Source of the DNA: Nageia nagi
Taxonomy: Eukaryota > Plantae > Pinophyta
Direction: 5' to 3'
Assembly (NCBI GenBank): GCA_050084985.1
Contig: JBITNC010000001.1
Coordinates: 184,140,001 to 184,204,000, forward strand
Length of the DNA: 64,000 nucleotides
The notes beneath the pieces are model-generated. The model did not search any database. It was not told the DNA's origin and saw only the letters and a list, made by a program, of their open reading frames with translations. This document shows, in pieces, positions 41,200 through 53,600 of this stretch (position 1 is its first letter; each line of letters starts with the position of its first letter). Made by a program: the position numbers and the translations under genes.

Positions 41200-42330
41200 T
41201 GTTCCTACAGATACTTGACTATCATCGATTTATCTTTGAATTGTGGCCCTTAAATGTTAATATTTATTTTTTTATGTTCCCTTTGATGATGGAAGGTATA
41301 AAACTCATCATCCCTATACCATTGTAGTGTTACACCACTAGGGTCCTCTTATGTAATATTAGGAAGAATAATCAATCTAGCATCTAGTAGCTTCTTGAGA
41401 ACATCCTCAATTGGCTTCACTAATGGTATCCAATTCCTTTATTGTTGTTGTGGTTGTGTTGGTGGTCTAAGAGGCCTTACTTAGTTGTTGGTTTGATTTT
41501 TACCTTGTTTGCCTTGATTATGTTGCACTTGATCTTATTGTTGATATGGGTTCCTTGGTTGGTTATTCCTTTTTCTAGGAGGTGCTAGTTGTAAGATTAA
41601 TTGTGCTTGATTAACTGCATAGGTGGTTTGAATTGTTTGTATCTTAGGTTTGAGTTGGTTGATATTACCACCATTGTTGCAAGTATTTTGGTTATTTTCT
41701 TTCTTCCTTATCTTAATTTCATCTTCTTAAATCTTTACTTCTTCAATTATATTGTTTTGAGCTAAGGCATCCTCAAAAGTAAGGTTCCTTTAAATTTGGA
41801 GGATGGAAGAGATATGTTTGTAACAACTCCTAGAGAATAATTTGATCAACTCTTCTTGAGGTAATGTGTATGGCATATCTATCACAACTACTCTCCATAT
41901 ATGCACATAATCTAATATTGATTTATCATCAAATTAGGATAACTTTCTCAAATATGTAATGGAATATCTCTTCCTAATGTTGATCCCAAAATGATCTAAA
42001 AACTAAGTAGCCAATTGCTCAAAGAAGAAGATACTATATTGAGACAATTTGTTGTACCAATCTAAAGCTTGTCCTGCTAAATTCATAGGGAAAGTTCTTA
42101 ACATAAGAACATCATCATTAGCTATGATATAACAAGAATACTTGACTTATCTTAGATGTTCTTTTAGATCCTCTTTTCCCTTAAATTTATCCATCTTAGG
42201 GACCCTAAACTTATAAGAAAAATCCTTTATTGGAATAGATGGATGGATTTTCTAATTACAACTTGATCCATATGATAACTTAGTCTTGCCTTGATAATTA
42301 AGCCTTAGCTCCATTTCTTACAACTTATTT
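41200..42330 (-). pseudogene. Tat/Ogre gag remnant
   Basis: The minus-strand translation gives VPKMDKFKGKED...RTFPMNLAGQALDWYNKL, interrupted by stops. Confidence 0.82.
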
Positions 42331-44227
42331 AGAATCTCATCATGAGGATTAGATGGATAAAAAGACCCAACAACTTGATAGCTTAGACCTTGATAATAAT
42401 TGGTTGCTTAAGTTTACCCTTGAGGTTGATAAGTTTGTTATGTAGGGGCAACACTCACTTGAGGTGTATGATAGGGTTGACTTACAAACCCTTGATCCAT
42501 TTAATTATGCAAACCTTGAGTAGGAAATTGAGTTGGCCCAAGTGATGGATCTTGGACATGTTGAAAATATTGGAAATAGTTTTTGGTGGAGGTAAGCCCC
42601 CTAGGTTGTGCACCAATATATGCTTGTGTGGGATTACCATTTTTAGAATGGGCATGTGTCGGTATAAAAACTAAAGAAGAAGAAGGAAGATATTGAGGCA
42701 AAACATGTGCACCTTAGGTTGAGAAATATTAGGTGGCACATATGATTAAAGGATATATTGAGGATTGGAATTTATTATGTTGCTAGTCATTATAGGTTGT
42801 GATTTATAATATGTATAAGATTGGTCAATGATAGCAACTTGAAGAGGATTTATAGTACTCAATACTTGAGAATTAATTTATCTCTTTCCCTTGAGAACTA
42901 GTATGGGTGTCCACAATTCATAAATTTTTCTTAGCTTTTTGAATCCTATACAATCTTCAAACATTTGGTCCTTATTCTCATCATCATGATGGGGAGAGCT
43001 TGATGATATCAAAGTGGGGGGTTCAAATTGTGGACATAATGATTGGACTAAAGGATTGAATTGAGAAATCAATGGGGCTTAAGGTAAGCTTGATGATACT
43101 TGTTGACCTTGCCTTAAAACACAAGGTAAGGGAGGCGGAACAAAAGAAGGTGCATTAGGTAAGGCAAACTTATGGTATCTCATTTGTATCAATATGATAC
43201 AAGAAGAATCAAGATTTTCTTATGGTTGAGGGTTAATGGAAGAAGATGACACATAAGAAGGTAGAGGATTATCATAGGAAGGATTATAATGGTAAATGAT
43301 ATTACCAAGGTTGGAATAAGGTGGCATGGTTGAATTAGGGTGTGAAGAAGCTATAGAGGCAATGTGGGGTTAAGAAGGATGAGGAAAAGGTCATGACACC
43401 CTTGTATCCTCTCTCAAAGAAGGTGGAGGATTACCAAAAGGTTGTTTCTCTATGTTAGAAACATGGGGTGATATAGGCCTAGAACCAAGAGGTTATTTAG
43501 CCTTAAATTATCAAAAAAGGTCTAGGACATAATGATCAATCAAAAAGAGTTTCTCCTTGAAAAGGGGAACATTACGGATATTATATACATGATGTGGAGA
43601 ACTAGGCTCACTATATTTCCTACAAACACTTGCTTGCAAGTCTCTATAGATTTTGGAACCCTATTGAGGGTGTGGGTAGGAAGTATGCATAGATGGGGAG
43701 GATGGGACATAATATGGTTGTGAAACATGAGGTGAAGGTGTATGGGAAGAAGGATTGGAGTGCATTTCCCTAGCTTTTCTAACCCTAGCTTATGATCTTT
43801 TTTTAATTAGATTAATATGAGGTTTATTATCCATTTTAGGGATACAAATAAGAATTCAAGCAAATAATATTATATAAAACAAATATTCCCAATGGTGCTA
43901 AATAAGATAAAATAAATAAACATAAAGCCTAAATGTTTTGTTATGATCTTTATTTAGTGGATGCAAGACTAAGATAGACAACCCTAGAATGATCCAATAT
44001 AGCATGTCAGGAATACTAGCTAACTTTCTTGACTCTATATTTTTTTGTTAGGTCATGAGCATGTCAGGAAGGTTTCCTAAAAAATTCATTCCAATTAAGT
44101 GCATAAAATTGTTCAAAAATGCATGAAAGAAAGAGTAAACTACAACACCCAAAAAAAGGAAAAGAGATAAAAAATCCTCAATTTTGCAAGTCTAAGACCA
44201 AGGGAGGTCCCACCATGATTGCTACTT

Positions 44228-44999
44228 TGTAAGTAGCCCTAAAAACCCCACACCTTAAGCTTAAACACAAGAAAACATGATAAACCTAAGGACCTTTAGA
44301 TGCCCACTTTACAATATCTAGAATATTGCTTACATATGATAAGATAATAATAACAAAAAAATGGGGATAGGGCTTAAATATTTATCATTTTTTTGATATG
44401 CCCAAAATGCCAAATGACCTACAAAATAAAGATTTGCTGATATTTCTAAGCTCTAGGTCCTTAAGACCCTAAAGCCAAGCAAGATATGACTTATTTGCTT
44501 ATAAAACTCTAAGATTTGAGTCAATAAGGTACTCAAAAATAGTGCAATGCCTAATATGTAAGCTAACATAAAACCCAAAATGATTTTTCCAATGATTAAA
44601 AATAAACTAAACTATTCGAGCCTAAGTCTACAAGAGACTAGCCTAGAAATATTAAAATGCAACCATGCACAAATGGGTTAGAAAATCACTAAAAGGATAT
44701 GATTTGATGATCTTGTGTGACCTCCAAGGCCTATAAAAACCACTTCAAATAATGTTAGTCCCAACAAAAAACCTAAATCACATGATTTTACTCAAGATTC
44801 CTTTGCAAGATGAGGACAAGAATTGCCTTTTTCCTTGGAAGTGATGGGTTGAGCTCACATGGAAGGTACAAAGCTAAAAACTTTTGTGCATACAATAGAG
44901 AGAGATTGAACATATAAGAACTCATGAGATATCCATTGGTGTTATTTTGAAATGATTTGAAATTGATCTTTTTATTTTGATAATGACCAACTGATGGGC
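44228..44999 (-). repeat. 5' LTR of the Tat/Ogre element, outer end missing
   Basis: It starts tgtaagtagccc next to the PBS. Homology to the other LTR stops after caactgatgggc. Confidence 0.88.
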
Positions 45000-45243
45000 T
45001 ATATATCCCGATAATAATTAATGAAAATAAAGACCCACTTAATAATTAAAAAGAAGGGCCATAATATTAGTGAAAAAATGCAAAAATAATAGAGAAAAGA
45101 AAAGGACATATAAGTAGTCTTGATATACCTATCTAGTGCAGATAATGGGGGGATTACATGTACAATAAGAGCATTTATCTTACTTTCATGGCCAATAACT
45201 TCCTAAAATCCCTTTATATAAGAATCTAAATATTTCTTTAGCC

Positions 45244-48044
45244 CTCATTATTTAGGATAAGATATGATAAAAGGAACCCCATAATGGTAATTTGTTGTGG
45301 TCTATGCAATAATAAATCCCATAACAAGAATGTTCTACCAGCTTAACAACACCAAATTTTCTACTCACCCAAACTATTATATTTACATATCCCCTTTATG
45401 TAGCTCTTTTAAATATAGTTATGGAAGTGAGCTTGTTGATATCTCTAAAAGCAAGGAGGATGTTATTCATAAGGAAGAAGTTTCCCTCTATATCCAAAGC
45501 TTGGTGAAAGAGGCAAAAATAATCAAGGTGGGATTGGACCCCAAAGGTCTCTACAATGATATACTCTTGAATTAATGAAATGAGAGAATGCCATGGTGGA
45601 AGAAGTTATAACTTCACCATTAAAAATGCAAGCCATGATAGTTGAATACTTAAGAAGAACATGAATGATCCTCATCAAAATGAAAGGGAAAATTGATGAG
45701 CTTGAATGCTCATTACAATGTTAGAGATATTATTGTTAAGTAGTATCTCAAAAATACTTGTTGTGTAGTAGAGTACAAGTGATTTGAGTTAATAAACTAT
45801 CTAATTTATTAGGATGTTTTAACAATCTCTAATCTATACTCAAAATATATTTACCTATATATATTTGTACTTATAATAATTACTATGAGTGGTACATAGT
45901 CAAAATAATTTAATTAATAGAAGCATAATTGAGTGTAAACAATGTAATCAAGCATCAAATTAACATCATGGAAATATTTGTGAATGTTAAAACATTAAAA
46001 AAACTAGTAATTTATTAAGAGCAAGGATCAAGACTTCTTGATGAATCGGGAAAAGATGTAGACCATGAATAACCCCGACTAAATATCTAATTTGAACAAA
46101 GGTAAAGAAACCAAAGAAACAAAGGGGATTTCAGTAGGCTTTAAGAAAGACTTCAATCCTATGCTTCATAAGGAGATGCTTAAAGAGGCCAATATCAAAA
46201 GAGGAGCAAAAGTACAAATTTTAAAGAGGTTGAAAAGCATTTGGGTCTCAAAGAGATTATGCTTAGGAAGACCTATGTCAGATATTACAAATTCAACTAT
46301 GGAGATATGATTTAGAACCTTCTGAAGATTTTGGGTGGTCAACTACATGGCTTCCTTTGCTTACTAGGTTTATATATTTTTGTACTTATATATATATTTA
46401 GTCATAGATGTAAGTTTCCTAAAAATACAAGCTTGCTGGAAAACCCTATCTTCATAGCTTTTGTCACTTTGAAAAAGCTTGTTCTCTTAGTTACAGTAAG
46501 TTTAAAGAAATGATTGGTATGTTGGTGGTTTGGTCTAGTTAGAAGATTGCATCACAGAGAAAACTATTACAAATGATCTCTTTTTATAAAGGTTGGCGAA
46601 GACCCTTATAAACTTCACCTATTTTTATTAATACAAAATTTACCCATTAATAAAAAAAAAACTAGTAATTAACATTTACAAAATCCACCCTTTTATTGAT
46701 AAAATTAAAATATTTTTCCATTTGTATATGACAAATAGTTTCAAATTTATTTTTTCAATTGAAGAAATTTTTTAAACCCTACTATGATGGATTGAAAACC
46801 CTCTCACAAGCATCGACAAGTTGAATTTTAATCTGTGGAACCCACACTTTGACTTCCTCACTACAAGTGGTGTTATGATATATGTTATAACAAGGTTGAT
46901 TTTCTCATTATTTAGGATAAGATATGATAACAAGAACCCCATAATGGTAATTTGTTGTTAGCTAGGCAATAGTAAATTCGATAGCAAGAATCTACTACCA
47001 TCCTAACAACACCAAATTTGCTACCCACCCAAACTATTATATTTACCTATCTTCTTTATGTAGCTCTTTTAAATATATTTAAGGAATTGAGTTTGTTGAT
47101 ATCTTTGAGAGTGAGGAGGATTTTATTCATAGGGAAGAATTTTCCCTCTATATCCAAAGCTTGGTGAAAGAGGAAAATAAAATCAAGGTGGGGATATACC
47201 CCAAAGGTGTCTACAATGATATACTCTTGAACTAATGAAACAAGAGAAAGCCATGGTGGAAGAAGTTATAACTTCACCATTAAAAATGCAAGCCATGATA
47301 GGTCAATTCTTAAGAAGAACATGAATTATCCTCACCAAAATGCAAGGGAAAATTTATGAGCTTGAATGCTCATTGCGATGTTAGAGATATTATTGTTAAG
47401 TAGTATCTCAAAAATACTTGTTGTGTAGTAGAGTACAAGTGATTTGAGTCAATAAATTATCCAGTTTGTTAGGATGTTTTAACAATCTCTAATCTATACT
47501 AAAAATATATTTACCTATATATATTTGTACTTATAATAATTACTATGAGTGGTACATAGTCAAAATAATACAATTAATAGAAGCAAAATTGAGTGTAAAT
47601 AGTGTAACTAAGCATCAAATTGACATCATGGAAATATTTGTGAATGTTAAAACACTAAAAAATTAGTAATTAATCAAAAGCAGGGATCAAAACTTCTCGA
47701 TGAATTAGGAAAAGATGGAGACCATAGATAACCCCAACCAAGTATCCGATTTGAACAAAGGTAAAGTAACCAAAGAAATAAAGGGGGTTTTAGTAGGCTT
47801 TAAGAAAGCTTTTAGTCCTACTCTTCATAAGGAGATGCTTAAAGAGGCTAAGCTCAAAAGAGAAGCAAAAGTATGAATTTTGAAGAGGTTGAGAAGCATT
47901 CAAGTGTCAAAGAGATTATGCTTAGGAAGACCTATGTCAAATTTTACAAATTCAACTATGAAGATATGATTTAGAACCTTTTGAAGATTTTGGGTGGTCA
48001 ACTACATGGTTTCCTTTGCTTACTAGGCTTATTAGATTTTTGTA

Positions 48045-48096
<52 letters not shown>

Positions 48097-48585
48097 GTAA
48101 GTTTCCTAAAAATATAGGCCTGTTGGAAAACCATATCTTCATAGCTTTCGTCACTTTGAAAAAGCTTGTTCTCTTAGTTATGATAAGTTTAAAGAAATGA
48201 TTGGTATGCTGGTAGTTTGGTCTAGTTAGAAGATTGCAGCATAGAGAAAACTATTACAAATGATCTCTTTTTATAAAGGTTGGTGAAGACCCTTATAAAC
48301 TTCACCTTTTCTATTAATACAAAATTTACCCATTAATAAAAAATATATTAGTAATTGACATTTATAAAATCCACCCTTCTATTGATAAAATTAAAATATT
48401 TTTCCATTTGTATTTGAAAAATAATTTTAAATTTATTTTTTTAATTGAAGAAATTTTTTAAACCTTACTATGATGGATTGAAAACCCTCTCACAAGCATC
48501 GAAAAGGTGAATTTTAATCTATGGAACCCACTCTTTGACTTCCTCACTACGGGTGGTGTTATGATATATGTTATAGCGAGGTTGA
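45244..48585. repeat. Head-to-tail tandem duplication, 1660-bp period, two copies
   Basis: ctcattatttaggataagatatgata occurs at 45244 and 46904, and the copies are collinear throughout. Confidence 0.95.
48047..48093. repeat. (TA)n microsatellite
   Basis: Perfect TA run. Confidence 0.98.
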
Positions 48586-50029
48586 GTTCAATCCCTTACC
48601 TTTCATTCATGTACAACATAAACAAGGTAAAAAGAGCTATGTTGAAAAGTATTTTTGTAACTCAATTATATATTATATATTTAGAATTTTTATATTTGTA
48701 TATATCATCTCCATCTACTATCTTTATGATGCTTTTTATAAATAACTTTATTATATTGTTCCATCTCAAAAATTCATCCTATTTATCATCTTGTCTCAAA
48801 AATATCATGTAACCTTGATCCTTCCATAATGATTTTTCTAATTAAAGTTATCTAAAACATTATATCATAAAATCTTAAATATATATGAAGTTGAGATGAA
48901 CATTATCTTATATAAAGAGTTTTCCTCTCTTATAATAAAAATTAACTAAGAGAATAAAAAATGTTGAAAGAAATGAACGTCAAATAATATTATTAAGCAA
49001 ATAAAAGCTAAAAGAAAGTGGACATAATGAATAAAATAATTATGATAAAAACAGCACTAATAATTTTTAAAACATAATTACAACTCATGAATAATACCTA
49101 CAACATAATCTTAGTTGTAGAATGGAGGAGGTAAGCATGGATGTTGCGCACATCCCCCAAAATCATGAATGAGTGGAAGTGGGAAGTAGGAGTAATAGGA
49201 GTGAGTTATGCATGACACATATCACATGGTATGTATCATGATAATGCTTTACAACTGTAATAACTGTTGGACTGGTATAAGATAACCATTTGAGTGTCAG
49301 ATAACAATATGTTGGAGGCTAAATTATTTGTTCTCCCTCTCGCTACCCTTTAAGTTTTTACAACCCTTATTTGAAACAATAGAAAGGATAAGAAGGTGAA
49401 GCCCCCTTAACTTGGTCGTCTCCATATGCTTATGGAAAACAACCCCTCCATCGAATTATGTCCACACGTATGGAAAAACAACATCTATAATCTTGTTTTG
49501 ATCATCTTCTCTTCGCATCTCGCACAAGAGTGTTTTATAGTAAAGGATAGGAACTTTGCTTCTCACCCATGCCTTAATACAGGGAAACGTTTGAGGTATG
49601 ATTATATGAAAAATAATTAACAAAAATAATAATAAACCGACATCAAAAATTTAATCATAACTCTTATAAATTTATTTTTTATTTCATATTTAATTGTTAT
49701 CATGTAATATTTATTTATTTTTTAACAAATAATATGAGATATTTATTGATTTTTATTTATAATTTTTATTATATATTTATTTAATAATATTTATGTAAAA
49801 TACAAAAATATTTAAGATAAATACCTCACAAAAAATTATTCTCAACGTTTTATAAATATATTTTTAAGATATCTAAACTAAAACTAATAATTATCTTAAT
49901 TAAAATATTTTTAAGATATCTAAACTACAACTAATAATTATCTTAATTAATGAACCTCTTCCAAAAGATTGTGGAATTCGTTTAATAAATTATTATTGTT
50001 TTAAATGGGTAGTGCATTTAGTGAAACCC

Positions 50030-50650
50030 AAACGCAAAGAACACTTCAAACCCCATAATTTCAAAACCAAATGTGCCACGAAAGCAAAAAATAACAAACA
50101 TCAACTATGACACGTATTCATTGAAAGTAGGTCCCACCAGAACTGCAACCTTATCATAGGAGTTGAACCAAATAGGTATTTTAATACATGGAATCTGACA
50201 TGTACTAAAAAGCTACCACGTGGCACCAATGGCAGTATTCCTACACATTCAATACAACATCAATCCAAATGATGCATCTACTTCACATGAAAGTCGGAAG
50301 AGCCGTTGGAATGCATGACATGTTGCAATCTGACCCATCGAATTAAAACATCGGACGATCGAGGATAGCGGACCGTTGCGTCTGCTTTTTTAATTTTTCC
50401 GGTTTGTATCCATTAGAGAGAAGCGATGTGCATGGGCTCTTTGAATGGATTTTGAAGGGAGGGGTGTCCCTTTTGTGCTATGCAGGAGAGAAGAGAGACT
50501 TTCAGACGATAAATTGCATACATGAAGGATCCGCCCTTGCAGTCCAATAAATCCCATTGCCATTTCTCTCTAGTCCTGCACTGCACAAGCTTTCTCTCTC
50601 ATTCAAACACAACAAAAACAACTTCCCACAAAATCTGCTCCACAAACCAT
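50030..50650 (+). promoter_or_regulatory. Putative Pol II promoter and 5' UTR
   Basis: The region retains CpG. It contains a G-box/ABRE CCACGTGGC (50216-50224), CCAAT (50226), a TCP-type GGTCCCAC (50130-50137) and GACACGTA (50109), followed by a CT-rich then CAA-rich leader-like stretch (50560-50648). Confidence 0.5.
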
Positions 50651-53600
50651 GTATTTCACCAGAGTAAGCGCCTAATCTTCTTGCCTTTTTTTAGAGATGG
50701 ATAACGTTTGGGTTTTACTACTCTTTTCTTCTCTCAGTGGTTCATACATGTTATGTTTTTTGATAAATGTTTGATATGATTGGGATGGACTATTTTTGTT
50801 TTTACTTTCTTGTGCAGCACCAACTACAACAGCAAATGGGTGCAAATTCATATTTAATGATTGCATTATATGAGTATTTGGAGGTATGCTCCCCTAGAAT
50901 TTTGCTCTAGACCTCTGTTCGTAGATGTTTGAACTTACCAATTTCTCTTGCATAATTATATTCCCATTTCATTTTTTTTTTTGCACTATTATTGCTTATT
51001 GAATCTGTATGTAATTCTGCAAGTTGGTTCATAGCAAGAGGTATAGGAGGATGCTCCTAGCAACCTACAGAAGGTGAATTGGTGATCCAGACAAAAAATT
51101 TCATCACACATCTATGCCGAAATTGGAAGTGACTTCAAATCCGGTACAGAATTCGTATTTAATGTTTGCATTTTTTTTTTTGCTTGGGTATTTTTGGGAT
51201 TCACAAGTTCAAGCTTCGGGGAACTATAAATCAAGAAAATGTAGTTTGGAATTCCCCACCACCATTTAAGAATTTTGAGAATCCATTTGCACTAGAGCCT
51301 GAATTTTCCCATATGAAGACCTAGATCATTGGATATAGCTTGATGTGGTATCCTTGATGTTCAGTGTAAGTCAACTCGAGTTGTTCAAGCTCTCTCACAT
51401 TGAAGTTGAGGTGTAAATCATCCATCCTTGGGATAATTTTCCATTTTTCAACAACCTCTATTTGAGGATACACTACCTGATATTCCCACTCTCACCACTT
51501 GACACAAACAAATCATTTCTTATTTTAATTGGTGGGAAAGCTACCAAAGGCCATGTGACTCTCCTAAACTGGTTTTCAAACATTTTCCACATATCTAAGA
51601 ACTGTTCTATATTTACTCTAAGCATGGAGGAAATGATAAGATTAGATACAACACATCCTTGTATCATAAACTGGAAGTTACTTCCTATGGTTGTAGATCA
51701 GCATCAGTTTATATTTTATTGAATTAAAATCTTTTGTAAACTATCATGCATGTAAATCAACAATTTTCTATTTAGCACGTCTTAGCTTTTTGCATGTGAA
51801 TTTTGGCTGTTTTCAGTCGGTACATCCTTATCATTGTACATTATTTAATCCATGCTAATATATTTATTTTCATTTTACCTTTCTACTTTTGTACTCGTAT
51901 TATAAGAAGGGGTTAATCATGTCACCTCTTCTTCCGAAGCTTTGTGCCATCTTAAAATCTTCCAAAAAATTAGTTGTGCTTTCACATATGTTAGATGACC
52001 ATTTCACTACCAAGTAAGAAAATAACAAGAAACAACCAGTGAATTATGGAACTATTTAAATTATTTTGATCCCTGAAATTATTTTGATCCACAAATCATA
52101 AATATTACTCAAAATTTTCATTACGTTTAAACTTCGTATCACAAAATTAGATCGAAATGCACCAAACCTCTACTTGTGGGTTAGGACAATTTCTGTTTAC
52201 CATGATCTAATTAGTAGAAAGATTCAGATATATCATTTTTATGTAGAATACACATTTTAACCGTATTTCACAAATTTATGTGCCCCAAACTTAAGATAAA
52301 GCCGCTACATTGATTTGGCCCTTGAAAGGCAACACCATACACTATGCTTCAGTTCTCATTTCACTAAGCTTACCAAGATCCAAAGAGAATTGATATTATA
52401 CTATCTGCAACTGCACCTGAGAATCACATTACCTTCAAAATTGATTTGATGTCTGTCATTGTGTAGAGTGCCTACCTAAACTCCAAGATTCCACGTCACC
52501 TGGCGGTCCTTCAAACAGAATATTATCTTATTCTCATTTACAGGTTATCTAAACTTGCATTTCTCTTCAAGAAAAACCTCTTCGCAAATGAGCATGGTAA
52601 TGGCCTCTTCCAATGCTGGTGTACCTTGTCTCTTTCTTCAATGAATGCCGTGCTTTATGTTGAACTACAGGCTTATTTTAGGATCTACCTTTCCAACCAA
52701 TCCTGCATCATAAAGATAACTAAGGTTACCATTTTTCCCATTTAAAACATATCCAAAGATTCCAAATTCCACAAAAATTTGGGGTGTATATGCCTTTCTT
52801 CCATGAGCATGAAACACTTTTCCCTTTTTGATACGGAAAACAACCAAGGAGAACATATGTTTCGGATGCATATGTTTCTCATCTACTTGCAATGACTCTA
52901 TGAACTTGTTTGCTGAATCTCGTCTAAAAATTTCTGAAAACGTTTAAGCAAAAGTCATTTGTAATAATGCTATTTGAAAAGTTAACGAGTTTGTAATCTT
53001 CTCCCTGAATTCACTCGAGCTTCTAAATATCTTAAAATTCAAACCCCTAGTACGAAATAAAATTTTTAACCTTAAAACAAGTTATTTTAAATTCTAGAGA
53101 TAATTGATAGTTTCAATTTTTAGCCAAAGAGTTCAAACAAGATTTACGTTAGTAATTTCCCAATTTTGTATTGCAAAACTTTGTATGCGTTTTCTTTGGT
53201 ATTCTATCCAATTTCAATCTATTTCTTCTATAAATTATCTTCACGTCTTTCACATTGCTCCGCTATGATTTAAACATAGGATGAAGTTGAAATGGTGGTC
53301 TTTATAAAAAGTAAGCAGGCAAGCGGGTCATTCAGAGAGAATCGTACAACTTCGACCAAACGCCCTTTAACCTACCATGAGAGAGACATTTTTTCTCACA
53401 CCAAGAAAAGGTAAGTAAAACATCGAATAAAAGGTTAGTTATGCTTCCACATAGGTACCTTTCACCACCAAGTAAGAATACATTTGAACTAAATTTCACA
53501 AATATAAGTGCTCCCAAACTCAAGTTATAGCCGCTACATTGATTTACACCATACCTTGTCTATTCTTTTGTCCTTATTTCATTGTGTTAATTGATATTAG

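Larger units (their letters stand above)
28251..44999 (-). mobile_element. Tat/Ogre-clade Ty3/Gypsy LTR retrotransposon, degenerate
   Basis: LTR copies at 28251-29245 and 44228-44999 (truncated). A tRNA-Arg-like PBS (TAGCAATCATGGTGGGAC on minus) is at ~44207-44224 and a PPT (AAAGAGGGGC on minus) at ~29249-29258. The order is gag-PR-RT-RH-aRH-INT. Confidence 0.93.

Noticed and set aside
45000-45158. End of another LTR (...ggggggattaca) that may have truncated the Tat/Ogre 5' LTR
   Set aside because: There is only a terminal motif, with no partner LTR, PBS, PPT or TSD in the window.
45297-46310. LINE-derived ORF fragments in the tandem duplication
   Set aside because: No diagnostic endonuclease or RT motif could be read, and the ORFs are not preserved in the second copy.
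50446-50547. A MIR159/319 gene
   Set aside because: The matches are partial and contain insertions. The GAGCTC end and the long double-stem precursor are missing.
50100-50600. Telomerase RNA or U-snRNA (suggested by GTCCCAC and a possible pseudoknot)
   Set aside because: The USE match is incomplete, there is no correctly spaced TATA, and no telomere template lies downstream.
50860-50882. miR828-like sequence ttgcattatatgagtatt
   Set aside because: There are too many mismatches and no convincing star arm.
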